Shown here one piece after another: positions 47,394 through 59,157 of a stretch of DNA of 64,000 nucleotides; the first letter of the stretch is position 1; each line of letters starts with the position of its first letter. The notes beneath the pieces were generated by a model. That model did not search any database. It was not told where the DNA came from and was given only the letters and a program-made list of their open reading frames with translations. Position numbers and translations under genes: made by a program. Location of the stretch: the IMG/VR virus record IMGVR_UViG_3300025875_000005, positions 32,899-96,898 of that record; one strand, written 5' to 3'. Source of the DNA: a virus.

Positions 47394-47460
47394 GGGGGTC
47401 TCCGGGGGCAAAGTTGCGTCAGAATAACCCAAGAGGCGAAATTCACGAAAACGGCTGGGA

Positions 47461-47625
47461 CTAGCCCTTCCGCTGAAGCTCTGAAATGGCCGAGACAATG
47501 CCCTGGATTGCCCCCTCAGGGGTCTCTGAGATCCAGGAGATCTGTGGGGACTGGTGACAAATGGCAATCCAGCACTTCTCCAGCTTGCCCCAGAAGACAC
47601 TGTAGGTCAGGTGAATAGCGCTCAT
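47461..47625 (-). CDS. HicB-like antitoxin domain protein
   Basis: YSVFW..CWIAICHQSPQISWISETPEGAIQGI resembles the HicB RNase-H-like N-domain. Confidence 0.5.
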   Translation of the reverse strand: MSAIHLTYSVFWGKLEKCWIAICHQSPQISWISETPEGAIQGIVSAISELQRKG

Positions 47626-47729
47626 TCCTGAAAGTGTACTCCTAATCGGCACAATTTCCAAAGAAGGGCTTGACAGACTTTTCTAGGGTGACTGGACGTA
47701 GCTCAAGAAAATTGAGAAAATCATGTTCC

Positions 47730-48497
47730 ATGAGCCCAAAGCCTCGCGTGACTTTCGCATCCTTTGATGATCATCACGACCAGAGCGGGAACAACAATGG
47801 GGCTTTTTGGAAAGCCAAGCTCGCGCTGATTGACGATTTATCCCCTGATTCTTTCATTGCTGTCGGTGATTTCGCAGAGGGTGGCTCAGGTTCCGCGCAC
47901 GTTCCAGACGCCTTCAAACCTGCCTATGAGGAGGATTGTGAGGAGTTGAAATTGAGGTGGAACGAAGTCCGGGATGCTGCCGGACCCAAGACCAAGCTCA
48001 CCTGGATCGAAGGCAACCACGAGAACGCTATGGTTCGGGCGCTTGAGCGGGGTTCTCCGAGCTTCGTGAAAGGCTTCTGGACCCGCTTCATGCGCGATAC
48101 GGGTGCAACTGATTGCGGAGTGAAATGGGTCGGGGAGAAGGAGCGCTACCAGGAAGGCTCTGTCCTCTACATCCATGGTCACCAGTACCCCGGTCGTCGC
48201 TTCCCCAAGCACCACGCCCACGCATCCGCGATGCTCTGGGGTCGCCCGGGAGTGACTGTCCTTGTCGGTCACACTCACCGCCCTGGATACGCCCGCATCC
48301 CCAGCGCGCACGGTGGATGGGAGGCCTATATGGTCGGGGCAGGCAGGACGATGGACCCCAGCTTCATGAAGGGTGAAGACGGTGCATGGGCCAACGAGGC
48401 AGCCGTTGTTTACACCTATCCGGATGGTCGAAATAGCGTCCACATCATCCGCTGGCTTGGTGACCACTTCATCTTCAACGGTCGTAGCTACAAGTAG
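47730..48497 (+). CDS. Calcineurin-like metallophosphoesterase
   Basis: DDHH, GDF, GNHE, IHGH and GHTH motifs; TTGACA at 47670; only plus-strand gene. Confidence 0.85.
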   Translation: MSPKPRVTFASFDDHHDQSGNNNGAFWKAKLALIDDLSPDSFIAVGDFAEGGSGSAHVPDAFKPAYEEDCEELKLRWNEVRDAAGPKTKLTWIEGNHENAMVRALERGSPSFVKGFWTRFMRDTGATDCGVKWVGEKERYQEGSVLYIHGHQYPGRRFPKHHAHASAMLWGRPGVTVLVGHTHRPGYARIPSAHGGWEAYMVGAGRTMDPSFMKGEDGAWANEAAVVYTYPDGRNSVHIIRWLGDHFIFNGRSYK

Positions 48498-48564
48498 AAA
48501 GGGCCCCACCCTTTCGAGTAGAGCCCTTCGGGGCGAACTCCGGGCTGGTCCCGGGGTTTTTTAT

Positions 48565-50268
48565 TTAGGCCTCACAAGCTGAGCACTCTTCCTTGCTCCT
48601 TGATGCGAGGTCACCCTTGAGCACTCCCTCCGAGCGGAGGTAGTAGAGGCTCTTGATACCGGCCTTCCAAGCTTCCATGTGGACTTCATGGATGTACTTG
48701 ACCGGGGCGTTCGCACCGAAGAACAGGTTGATGCTCTGCCCTTGGTCGATGAACTTCTGACGCTGGGCAGCCTGCTTGATGATGGCGTGCTGGTTGATCT
48801 CCCGAGCGGTCTTGAAGACTTCTTTCTGCTCGGTCGAGAGGTAGTCCAGGTGCTGTACGCTCCCCGCGTTCTCGTTGATGCTCTTCCACTCGTCCGGGGT
48901 GTTCTTGCCTAGCCCCTCAAGCACGGTCTCCAGGACCGGGTTCTTCCGGATGAACGTCCCCTTGGCGCTCTTCTGGGAGTAGATGTTGGCCGCCAGGGGC
49001 TCGATACCCGCGCTATGGCCTCCCGAGATAAGGGAGTTGCTCACCGTGGGAGCCACGGCAAGGAGGTGGGTGTTCCTCATGCCCGTGCCCTTGCACCACT
49101 CCGGCTCCCCAAGCTCCAGAGCAAGCGCGCGAGACCCCGCCTCTGCCTTGGTCCGGATGTTCTTGAAGATGGCAGCGTTGAGCATCATGGCCTCGAACGA
49201 ATCGAACGGGGCATTCCTCTTCTGGAGAAGCGTATGCCACCCCAGGACGCCGATCCCGATGGCCCTCCCCTTGATAGCCGAACGCCTCGAAGACTCAAGG
49301 CCGGGCTTGGTAGCGGCCTTCTGGATGTACTCTTCAAGCACGGCATCCAGGAAGCGAACGGCAATCTCCGGGAGGTCGGTATCCTTCCACTCATCCCACT
49401 TCACGAGGTTGAGGGAGGAGATACAGCACACAAAGGTGTGCTCAGGGTCCGTGTGGAGGAAGATCTCGGTGCAGATGTTGGAGGTCTTCACCGTGAGCCC
49501 GTTCTTCTTGTAGCTCTCCGGGTTCTGGTTGTTCACGTTGTCCGTGAAGAAGAGGTACGGCTCTCCAGTCTCCACCCGGCTCTTCAGAATCTCCTGCCAG
49601 AGGGTGCGCTTCTCAGGGTCCCCAGCTGCCAGGGCACGCATCCACTCATCCGAGATACAGACTCCGTGGTTGAGGTTCAGGCAGCGCCTGTTGGGGTCTC
49701 CCACGGGACGCCGGATGTTGAGGAACTCGTCAATGTCAGAGTGCTCAATGGGCAGGTAGACCGCGCTGGCCCCCCGGCGAGTAGAGCCCTGGGACACAGA
49801 GACGGTCACTTGGTCATAAACCTTGGCCCACGGGATGATGCCCTCTGACTTCCCGTTGCCACTGATGGACTGGTTACGCCCCCGAATGTCCCCCATGTAG
49901 ATGCCGACGCCCGCCCCATTCTTGGAGAGCATCGCAAGCTCGTGGGCCTTCCCGAAGATGGAGTCAACCGAGTCCCCGACGTGGATGCTGTTGCAGCTGA
50001 TGGGGAGGCCTCGATTGGTGCCCATGTTGGAGGCGATAGGGCTCGCAAGGCACAGCCAGTTGCGCCACATGGCATCGAAGAACTTGTTCTCCCACGCGAG
50101 GGCCTCCGAGTAGTGCGAGGCTGCTGCAATGGACACGCGACGGTACATCGCTCGCGGGGTTTCACTGGGAAGGAGGTAGCCACCTCGGAGGGTGTCAAAG
50201 CCCTCCTGTGTCATCCAGGGGGGTGCCTCATCTGCTGCCTTTAACTCTTCAAGCGTCATGTTGATCAT
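48565..50268 (-). CDS. nrdA: Ribonucleotide reductase class I alpha subunit (no ATP cone)
   Basis: ISC, SNICTEI, VCC, APTVS, DQGQS, LYYLR and C-terminal CSACE. Confidence 0.95.
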   Translation of the reverse strand: MINMTLEELKAADEAPPWMTQEGFDTLRGGYLLPSETPRAMYRRVSIAAASHYSEALAWENKFFDAMWRNWLCLASPIASNMGTNRGLPISCNSIHVGDSVDSIFGKAHELAMLSKNGAGVGIYMGDIRGRNQSISGNGKSEGIIPWAKVYDQVTVSVSQGSTRRGASAVYLPIEHSDIDEFLNIRRPVGDPNRRCLNLNHGVCISDEWMRALAAGDPEKRTLWQEILKSRVETGEPYLFFTDNVNNQNPESYKKNGLTVKTSNICTEIFLHTDPEHTFVCCISSLNLVKWDEWKDTDLPEIAVRFLDAVLEEYIQKAATKPGLESSRRSAIKGRAIGIGVLGWHTLLQKRNAPFDSFEAMMLNAAIFKNIRTKAEAGSRALALELGEPEWCKGTGMRNTHLLAVAPTVSNSLISGGHSAGIEPLAANIYSQKSAKGTFIRKNPVLETVLEGLGKNTPDEWKSINENAGSVQHLDYLSTEQKEVFKTAREINQHAIIKQAAQRQKFIDQGQSINLFFGANAPVKYIHEVHMEAWKAGIKSLYYLRSEGVLKGDLASRSKEECSACEA

Positions 50269-51231
50269 TTAGTCTCCCCAGATGCTGCTGAAATCCTTGG
50301 TACCCTTTGAGTAATCGGAAACGCGACTAGCGAAGAAATCGCTGTGATTGACGCCCCCGGACAGCACATCAAACCAGGACATACGCTCAAGGACGGTCTT
50401 ATCCAGGTCCTTGTAGATGCCCTTGAGCCCCAGCTTCTCCAACCGGTCATTGCAGCGGTTACGGATGAAGACCTTGATGTCTTCGGCTGAGAGCCCCTCC
50501 ACGGAACCCATCTCGAAGACCTTGTTGATGAAGTCGTCTTCCAGCCGGACCGAGGTCTCTGCTGCGAAGTAGATGGTGGCCTTCAATTCATCGGTCCAGA
50601 TCTCTGGGAACTCTGAAATGAGGGTCCTGAAGAGCCAGCAACCGGCATCCGAATGGAGGGACTCATCCTTGATGCTGAAGGCGATGATTTGCCCCACGCC
50701 CTTGAGCTTGTTGAAGCGGCTGAAGTTGAGGAGGACAGCGAAGGAGGAGAAGAGGTTCACTCCCTCGTTGAAGCCACTGAAGATTGCAATCGATTGCGCG
50801 ATTTCAGCGGGGGTCTTGCCCTTGGTCGTGATGAGTCGATCGATCTTTGCCTTGGCCGTAGGCTCCTGAAGGAAGGCATCGAAGTCTTCCAGCCCCAGGG
50901 ACTGATTCAGGTAGGCGTAGCTGACTGCGTGGACGCTCTCCATGGAAGAGAAGGCTGCCCCCATCATCTGAATCTCGGGCTTCTTGAACCACTTGGAGAC
51001 CATCGAACTCCAGTATTCCTGGATGAAGATCTCTGACTGGGTAAAGCCCTTGAGGATGTTGCCGATGACGTTCTTCTCGGCTGCCGTCAGGACCGTCTTC
51101 CAGTCGCTGATGTCGGGCCCCATCTGGATTTCAGTGTGAAGCCAATGGCTCTGCTGCTGTTGCTCCCAGTAGGCGTAGGCCTGATCGTATTCGAACGGCG
51201 CATAGGTAGACCGGGGGTCAAGCAGGGACAT
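50269..51231 (-). CDS. nrdB: Ribonucleotide reductase class I beta subunit
   Basis: ESVHAVSY, EGVNLFSSF, DESLH, DFF..RVSDYSK. Confidence 0.95.
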   Translation of the reverse strand: MSLLDPRSTYAPFEYDQAYAYWEQQQQSHWLHTEIQMGPDISDWKTVLTAAEKNVIGNILKGFTQSEIFIQEYWSSMVSKWFKKPEIQMMGAAFSSMESVHAVSYAYLNQSLGLEDFDAFLQEPTAKAKIDRLITTKGKTPAEIAQSIAIFSGFNEGVNLFSSFAVLLNFSRFNKLKGVGQIIAFSIKDESLHSDAGCWLFRTLISEFPEIWTDELKATIYFAAETSVRLEDDFINKVFEMGSVEGLSAEDIKVFIRNRCNDRLEKLGLKGIYKDLDKTVLERMSWFDVLSGGVNHSDFFASRVSDYSKGTKDFSSIWGD

Positions 51232-51424
51232 AGGTACTCACAACGAAGGGGGGAGGTAATGGTACAGAAGCGAATATCAGTAGGTCCAGCCCTTGTAGCC
51301 CCTTTTCTTTGGGGCATTCTCAGGGTCTTTCTTGCCTTCTCTACGCTCTTTGCGGATGGCCTTCTTCTTGGCCAGCTTCTCATGCTCTCCGCTCTTACCA
51401 GCGGGTGCATCCACCTGCTCTGCT

Positions 51425-51685
51425 TTAGTCGGCATTGGATTCTCCTCCGCAATCCTCCGGAGTGAGGACAGGAAGGGTCAAAGCCTTCCGCATCATGCCC
51501 AGAATCTCCCCCAGGGTCTCAATCCCTTCATCCTCGGAGATCACGACTACCGCTTCATCCTCGGTGTAGCCGTTCGGCTTGCCTTCCTTGTCGTAGTACA
51601 CCTCATGAATACCCAGGGAGTATTCGACTGCCCCGGTCTTCGGGTCCGTGTATTTCTGCTTCAAGACTCGATAGTTCCAACTCAT
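51425..51685 (-). CDS. Conserved-type small phage protein
   Basis: MSWNYRV..IHEVYYD; ATGA coupled to the upstream gene. Confidence 0.6.
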   Translation of the reverse strand: MSWNYRVLKQKYTDPKTGAVEYSLGIHEVYYDKEGKPNGYTEDEAVVVISEDEGIETLGEILGMMRKALTLPVLTPEDCGGESNAD

Positions 51686-51846
51686 TTGGTCACCTGTGTA
51701 ATGGGCATGTAAAGGCGGCAAGAGCCATCAGGCTTGGGCTCAGGGGGCGATATCCAGGACTGCCAATGCCCTGAGGGAGCGGTGTAGCGGTAGCAGCTGT
51801 CTTTCCACTTGCAGGACTCTTTCCCGCATTTGGAGATATCCGTCAT
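51682..51846 (-). CDS. Small Cys-rich protein (not in the ORF track)
   Basis: MTDISKCGKESCKWKDSCYRYTAP..QSW..C..Y, 54 aa, ATGA-coupled at both ends. Confidence 0.6.
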   Translation of the reverse strand: MTDISKCGKESCKWKDSCYRYTAPSGHWQSWISPPEPKPDGSCRLYMPITQVTK

Positions 51847-52017
51847 GAAATAAGGCCTTTTGAGTGTGCTTCTGCGTCAAGGACGGCTTCTCGGACGGTC
51901 TCTCTATCCGGGCCCTCCCAGGACTTCTCCGGGAGCTTCTTAGGGGGACCGAGTGCGAAGTAATGGGGCCCGTTCTTGCGAGACCCACGCTTACAGACGC
52001 AATACCCGTATGGGTAC

Positions 52018-52242
52018 TTAGAGGGCCTCAATTTCCCTCCGAAGCTTCTTGAGGTCGGCAAAGAGATTCTGGCTGCCGTTCTCCATGCCGTGGATGAGAA
52101 GGAGCATCCGATGCTTGGCACTCTCAAGCTTGTACGCGCGGGCGAACTCGGGGCTCTCCTTGCAGCGCCGGTCAATGTAGTCCTCAAGGTCCACGGGAGC
52201 GATGTGCTTGCCGTTGAGCTTCAATTCCTTCTCCTTCTTCAT
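52018..52242 (-). CDS. Small protein resembling an antitoxin N-terminal helix
   Basis: DLEDYIDRRCKESPEFARAY. Confidence 0.45.
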   Translation of the reverse strand: MKKEKELKLNGKHIAPVDLEDYIDRRCKESPEFARAYKLESAKHRMLLLIHGMENGSQNLFADLKKLRREIEAL

Positions 52243-52403
52243 TGCCCGATGCCTCCCCAGTACCCACAGCGTTTACAGGTGGTGGTGTCATCCCAGTCAT
52301 GCCAGACAACAAGGGCACACCAGAAAAAGACCGCCATCCTCCAGAGCCCCTTAGGGATACGAGGGATGAGCCAGAGAAGGCCTCGAATCAAGGTGTGCTC
52401 CTT

Positions 52404-53093
52404 TCAGTAGACCGTGTGTTCCGCTTGTGGTGGGAGGCCCCAGAGGGCTTCAGAGGTAGCAGGAAACTGCCCGATGAAGATGGCCTTGATGGCTTCAGCA
52501 GGCTCCCGGTGCTCCAGCTGGGTCTCCACAGCGGTACGGGATTCCAGGTAGTGAATCCAGGAGCGGAGGGACCCTGACATATAGAGCCGCGTAGTGGTCG
52601 CCAGAGGCAAAAGCATCCGGGCCTGCTCCTTGGCCACCCCCAGCTTGAGCATCTTGAGGTAACGATCCACGGTCAGCTTCCAGACTTCTGCCTGGGCCTC
52701 CCTGAAGGCTTCAATCGTCTCGGGAGGCAGGTCATCGATGCTGTTCTGCTTGTTCTTCAGGTCTTGGCGACGTGCCCGGTACTCCTCATAGCCCATGTCC
52801 GCCACTGCATACCGTTGGCTGAACTCCTGGAAGGAGAAGGAGCGATGTCTGAGCATCTGGGCAGCAATAGCGCGGGAGGTGTCGATCTGGAGGGTCATGC
52901 TGACCATCTCGAAGGGACTCCAATGCTTGTGCTTCGCAAGGTACTTGAGGAGGCGAGGTGCGGTCTCCGTGCTCATCTGGTTGCCCGGGTTGCTCACCCT
53001 AGCTGTAAAGGCAACCAAGTCCTCAGCGGTCTTGATGCCCAGCGTCTGGAGGGATGCATCCGGGGTTGTGACGCTTACGAGGGAGACGTTCAT
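52404..53093 (-). CDS. thyX: Flavin-dependent thymidylate synthase
   Basis: HWSPFE, RHRSFSFQEFSQRY, EQARMLLP, QLEHR. Confidence 0.95.
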   Translation of the reverse strand: MNVSLVSVTTPDASLQTLGIKTAEDLVAFTARVSNPGNQMSTETAPRLLKYLAKHKHWSPFEMVSMTLQIDTSRAIAAQMLRHRSFSFQEFSQRYAVADMGYEEYRARRQDLKNKQNSIDDLPPETIEAFREAQAEVWKLTVDRYLKMLKLGVAKEQARMLLPLATTTRLYMSGSLRSWIHYLESRTAVETQLEHREPAEAIKAIFIGQFPATSEALWGLPPQAEHTVY

Positions 53094-55761
53094 CGGAGAG
53101 TCCCGCCGAGCATGAGCCCAGCACTGAAGAAGGTAAAGGCAGCGGCTGCCCCCGCCACCACATTTGCAACCAGTTGCACCAGCTTCTCTTGCTTCCTGAG
53201 AGGGGTGTAGCGATTCCAGAACTCCTCACAGATGTCGCAGGACACGCACGCATGACGGCATTCACCGTCGTAGATGCTGTACTCCCAGTAGCTGGGGTTC
53301 GTCCGCATGAGCCGGAACTCATGGTCAGTCATCCCCAAGGGCTCTGTGAGGAAGTCCATCCCGACTACAGTGATGGTCTCTGACTTGTTGCCCTTGAGGA
53401 TGTCTGAGTAGTTCATTTAGTCAGGTGAATGGGTATCTTCAGCGGTTTCTACGAAACTACTGGGGTCAGACTTCTTGGACTCGATCTCCTGCTTCAACTC
53501 TTCAACCCGCTTCTGGGTCACTTCAAGGTCTTCCTTGAGGTGGATGATGCGATTCTCTTCCCAGTCGAGGCGAAGCTGGAGGATTCGAAGTGTGGTTCTC
53601 ATGTGCCTGTCATTTCCGTGATGTGAAGGGTGGGATGGGTGAACTTGGGCACGCATCCCTTGCACTGCCACTGAGCGGGGGTATGCGAACCCTTCAGATG
53701 GACAACCCTCTTCCAACCTAGCTTCCGGAAGTGACTCTCAGCCTGGGGCACAGAAGACGCCTCTGCATATGCCTCAGAACCGCACTTACATGCAATACGT
53801 GCAGACATAACGATTTCACCGCACATAAAACCCCCCGAAACTGCCTGAAATTGATTGCCCATCGTCCACTCCATTGGATGACTGCTGTGACGGGCCTGAC
53901 TTTAGACCCGTACAAATTGGTTTGTCAAACGCTTATGCGGCTTCGGAGACTCGCGCGCAAAGGGCTCCCCCGCGCGTGTTTACCGAGAGGTTCATCAGCT
54001 TCCCATCAGAGTCCCTGATGATGTAGGGCCTCAGACCCCTCGCTACTGCCTGAGTGTAGTGAAGATCCACCTTCATCACGGATGTGATTTTGGCCTGGAG
54101 AATCCGACCGTCGTGATTCTTGAGCGTGTAGGTTTCTTTCATTGATCCGCTTCCCTTCCATTCGAGTGACGTGGGCCTTTAATACCGCAAATTTGCGGTC
54201 AGAAGCTAGGGCCTCATCACGCCAGTACATCCATTCTCGATGGAGGGTCCTCATGGCGGATACAAACGCCCCCTCCCGCCTCTCCGCTTCCCTCAGGTCT
54301 TCGTTCAGCTTCTCCACCTGGGCCTGCAACTCGCGGTAGGTCGGCATACGGGACGTTACTCCGGAAGTTTCGCCTTCAGCCTGAAGAGCTTCTCGCTTGG
54401 GAGGTAGACCAGATCAAGGTCTGCATACCCCAGAGATAGCAACAGGTCGTTGGCCTTATCTGCGTCCCAATTGTTCCCTAGATGAAGTATTAAGTCCAGA
54501 CGCGAAAGTTTGATTCCTACGGGATTAACCCTAATAGTGACCAGTCCATCGGTAAGTGCTTTCAGGTGTCGGAGGTACATTGGTCCTTTTGTAGGGAGGA
54601 GGGGGAGGGGTACTCCCCCGTGCAACCAGTTGCGGAGGACTCAGAACTTCAGGCTGTTCTTGTACTTCGCCAGGGCCTTCTTGCTCGTGAAGAAGGTGTT
54701 GGCCTTCTGGCGCTCAATAGCCACTGCTCCAGCCAGGGTGATGGGGGTGCCCCGGATGTTGTACCCAGCGATCTTGCCAGCGATCTTCTTGGGCTTGGGA
54801 TCAGGCTTCAGGGTGTCCCGAAGCTTGGGAGCCTTGGCCTCCTTGTGGAGGTCATTCAACTCCGCATGGATGCCCTTCAGGATGGCCAGTGCATCCACGA
54901 ACTCCTTGCGAATGGCAGCGCTCTTGGCAATCTCCTCACGGATGAGGATGACAGCGGCAAAGACTGCCTGACGGCTCTGGGTGAAGCCAGTGCCCTTGCC
55001 GTACCAGGACAGGTACTGGGCAATGTCCGCGTGGGCCTTCGTAACCTGCTCTTCAGTCGGCTCGTAAACCAGTGCATCGCTCATAGTGACTCCTTCACTT
55101 GCTTCGGGTTAAACACGGTTCGCTTATCGAACCGGGTGAAAAGTAGATTGGCGCGTTTGATTGCGATGTTGATCGCAAGCTCAAACTGCTCATCTGAAAG
55201 ATTGTCCCTCTCGTGGGCTGCAATGAACCACTTGAGGAGGGTGATGCCTTCCTTGCAGATGTAGACGACTTCAGCCAGTTCTTCGCGGGTGAGCCCCTGG
55301 ACGATATCGAAGGGGGAGGGAGGAGGTGTAAAGCCTGACTTGGCTTCCTTCAGTTCCTTGGCGAGAGCCTTGTTCTCCTCTGAGAGCCGAGTAAGGCCTT
55401 TCTGGGCCGCAACCAACTCAGTCTTCAGAACATTGAGATTCGGGACTTCTGCAAGCTTGGCTTCGTACTGGTCTCTTGCTGCCTTCAGTTCCTTCTCACG
55501 GGATTCAGTGGACTTCTTGCGGTCTCGCTTTCTGGCCTCTGCTGAGGCGTGAACGTCCTTATCGAGTGAGCGAATCTTGCCTAGAAGATACGCCCGTTCT
55601 TCAGGTGAGTTTTTGACGAGATACGGCGGGAGCCAGGAATCATCTGCCTCTTCCAAGTTGCCTTCCCTGTGATTGTTCCTGCTGTCTGCCTGACCACTCC
55701 ATTGGTCTACCCCCCAGAAACACCCTAAGGCTGCCCTACATGGTTTGTCAACTTGCGGCAA
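53090..55761 (-). other. Run of small hypothetical genes (e.g. 53090-53416, 54356-54625, 54641-55084, 55081-55761)
   Basis: Tightly packed minus-strand ORFs with no recognised family. Confidence 0.5.
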
Positions 55762-56129
55762 ACCAAAGGTCCAAAGATATGCACCTGGGTCGCTACTCCT
55801 GCCATCCTAGCCTTGGTCACCATATCGAGGGTGCCGTTGCCTAGTGATGGGTCTACGTGGAAGGCCACTACCAGAAGAGGTTTTCCCATTCGGAGCATCT
55901 TGCCGTTCCTGATGGGTCCTGCCCGCCTGTGGTAGATCTCCCAGTCTGCTTCGTAGGTCTTCACTTCCCACTTGAAGACCCACCTAGCAAGCCTTCTTGC
56001 GATTCTGTCTGCCCCCTTGGCCCCGCCCTCAATCAGGGTAACGGGACCCTCATAGATGGCTAGACGGTCATGCATCCATCTGACGTGCTGGCGCTTAAGG
56101 TGTCTGCTACCACAGACCAGAATGCGCAT
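55725..56129 (-). CDS. YspA/DUF2493 SLOG-family protein
   Basis: MRILVCGSR..IEGGAKGAD..ADW..AGPIRN..M..VVAF..GT.DM. Confidence 0.8.
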   Translation of the reverse strand: MRILVCGSRHLKRQHVRWMHDRLAIYEGPVTLIEGGAKGADRIARRLARWVFKWEVKTYEADWEIYHRRAGPIRNGKMLRMGKPLLVVAFHVDPSLGNGTLDMVTKARMAGVATQVHIFGPLVCRKLTNHVGQP

Positions 56130-58845
56130 TACCCCCCCTTGTGAATCCTCATGACGTACATCCAGACAAAGTGCTTGATGGTGCTGGGCTGGATCGCCCC
56201 CTTGGTCGTCTGCTTCAGCAATTGATTGCACTCATAGGACGCCCCCCACTGCTTCATATGGGTAGGGCAGAGCTTGTGCGGGCTCAGGGGCTTCTCTAAG
56301 CGACGATAACAAAGCTGGCAGGTGCTGGTAGCCTCCTTGCGCTTCGGAAGCTCCTGACCCTTAGCCAGGGCCTTCAGACAGGGATCACAGCGCCACGCCA
56401 TAGAGGCAGGAAGGTTTGGACACTCGGGGGTGTCGCAGAATCTCCCTTGGTTTAGTCTTTTGAGGAACTCCTCAACTTGGCGCACTGACCCTCCAGGGGC
56501 TTGTACGCCAATCATGCCTCAATTGTGTCGGGTCTCAAACCGTATTGAAGATACCTACCTCACCCTTGGATTTCGTAGGTGACGAGAATTGAGGTCGTGA
56601 GGAGGGCAAGGAGGAGAGTGAGGATCACGCTGTCACCGTGGGGAGGGGGTTCTTGGCCATCTTCTTGAGGCAGCTTTTGCAGGTGACTTCCGTGAACTCG
56701 CTGGTGCCCGCGAAGATGTTGCTCATAGCGCGACCGGTGCAGAAGGTGATGATGTTCCAACCGAAGCGACTCTTGAGGTTCGTTGCGAGGTGCGTCGTAG
56801 CCATTTCCCACTCCTTGGGAGGGGCAGAGGTTTTTCCCTGCCCACAAAAAAGACTCTAAGCCCTATACCCCTAGTTCGTCAAGGAACTTCTTGTAGTCGG
56901 TCTCATATTCTTTCGGAGGGGTGAGCCGAGCAATCATGTCCTTGAGGGCCGCCTTCCGGGTCTTGTAGTCCTTGCCCGTGCCCACAGGGAGAAGGTAACT
57001 CCACTTCTTGGCGGGGTTCCGGGTGACTATCCCGACTAGAACACCATCGTGGTAGAGCTTGTAGGGTCGGTTCCCGTTCAAGCCCTTGGCGAGCTTCAGA
57101 GTCACTTTCATGGGATGTCTGCCTTGATTGGGAGGTAGATACGGGCTGCTTTACGGGTCCAGTTGCTCATCAGGTCTTCTACAGCCTGGAGCCTGCTCAT
57201 CCTGGGGAGGTGGCCTTCCTGGGTGACGCTATCCAGGAACCTTGCCGGGATGTGCCAGTACCAGAAGCCTGAGGCCCCCCGGTAGATGAAGCCCCGAGGA
57301 ACGTCATCCACGGTAACCGCCAGGGCCTCCAGAGGAGTGTCACCGTAGGAGGTCTTGAAGTCAGGTGCGGGCGTATAGATGGGCTTCAGAAAAGCTCCTT
57401 GAGGTTTTCGTCCTTGTAAACCAGATCATTGTCCAGGTTCAGGTAGCCGTGTTCGCGGGTTCCGTAGTTGAACACATAGAGGACTCGGGCCCCCTCGCGG
57501 GTGAGGTAGGGAAGCTCTGCCCCACCATTTGCTGCATACCACTCGCCAGTCGCCTTCATACCCACTCCTTGGGAAGGGGCTTGAGCGCCCCCACTCCTTC
57601 TACACCTTCTTTCTAGCGTTCGTCAAGCTTCTTTTAGAAGCGAGTGATGTTTAGACCGCACCCTCTCAGTACCTGCACCTGGAAATAACCTGTTCGATCC
57701 AGGTAACGGATGACCCGATCCCGGTCCTCTTCTGTAGGGAAGCTGAGGGACACCACCTCTTCTAGGACTCCCATCCGGTCAATGACTGACCCGGACAGGG
57801 TAAGCGCGCTCTGTATCTGAAGGAAGTCTTGGTATTCCATTAGTCGAAGTCCGGGAAGTAAACGAAGCTGACAGCGTAACCGGTAAGGTACTCGCTACGG
57901 GGGTCCGGGTCCTTGTTCTCATGCCCCCGGAAGTGAGTGATGCACCCGTTGGGCTTGAAGTGACTCCGGTACATGGGGGTGGGCTCTCCGAAGCTCCGCT
58001 GGGCGTTGTAGCTACCGTCAACGACAACCGGGGCCCACTTAGCAAACCACTTTGCCGCGCGCTCTGCCTCAGGTCCCGCGAAGAACATACCCACGTTGTG
58101 GCCCCAGGTGTGATCCATCGTGGCCGTCTCAATGAGGAGGCCTTCCACGCTGATTCCGGCCTTGGCCGCTGCTTTCTCAAGCGCCTCCTTCGTGGCCGCC
58201 ACACTGATGTTGATCTTCTTCGTGGGGGCCTTCTTCGCGGTCTTCATGTTCGCCACTCCTTGGCAGTGGGCTTGTCAGCCCGGGTTACCCACTCCTTCTA
58301 CACCCGCGCTCTAGGGTTCGTCAAGAGCTTTGTGCAACTGAATGCAGGTTAGTGGGTGATGTACCGCTCACTCTCTTTGAGCCTGTTCCTGAGGTAGAGG
58401 ACCCTCTCCGCTACGAGCGGCTTGGCATCCTCGGGACTCATGTCATACAGGACTTCGATCTCCCTCAGAGCCCCCAGGAGCTTCTCTCGCGCATCCAGGA
58501 GCTTCTGGTCATACTCGGTCACGGTCTCTCCTAATCGGGCCCCCAGAGTCAATCCTGGGGCCTTTGGGTAGGCCCGTCAACCTTACTCCTTGAAGCGGGG
58601 GTCCCTCTTGAGGCAGACGAGGCAGGTGGGGGCTTTATCCGGCTTGTCCGCGTAGACATCCGCGAGGCCTTCCTCCTTGATCCGCTTGCAGAGAGTCTTT
58701 GCTTCCCCCTCGCTGTAGCTGTGGGTCTTCATGTTCTCAAGCTTCACGTACCGGCTGCCAAGCACTGCTCTGGTCTCGAAGGTCATGCACTCCTTCTACA
58801 CCCCTCTTCGATAGTTCGTCAAGGGGTATCTGCAATCAGTTGCGC

Positions 58846-59157
58846 TCACCCGATGCTGTGGGGGCCCATTCCAGCCGTTCCCTCCTTGAAGATGTTGCCC
58901 CGGGCGAAGTTCTTTGCAGGGGCCTTCCAGCTGGCCGCCTTCAGGAGGGCGCCCGTCTCCCGAGCAATGAATCCGTACACGCTACGGTCTTGCCCGTGGG
59001 TGCTAGTCCGGACCACTCGGACATACTTGGGTCCGACTTCGTAGGTAATGACCGGGCGCTGGGTCGGGTAGTTGATGCTGTAGTAGGTGTCGAGGAGAGC
59101 GTTGAGCTTGGTGTTGAAGACTTCAAGCGCCGCGTCAAATCCGTCAATCTGAGCCAT
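58846..59157 (-). CDS. Conserved-type phage early protein
   Basis: KYVRVV..SVYGFI..TGALLKAASWKAPAK..RGNI. Confidence 0.65.
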   Translation of the reverse strand: MAQIDGFDAALEVFNTKLNALLDTYYSINYPTQRPVITYEVGPKYVRVVRTSTHGQDRSVYGFIARETGALLKAASWKAPAKNFARGNIFKEGTAGMGPHSIG

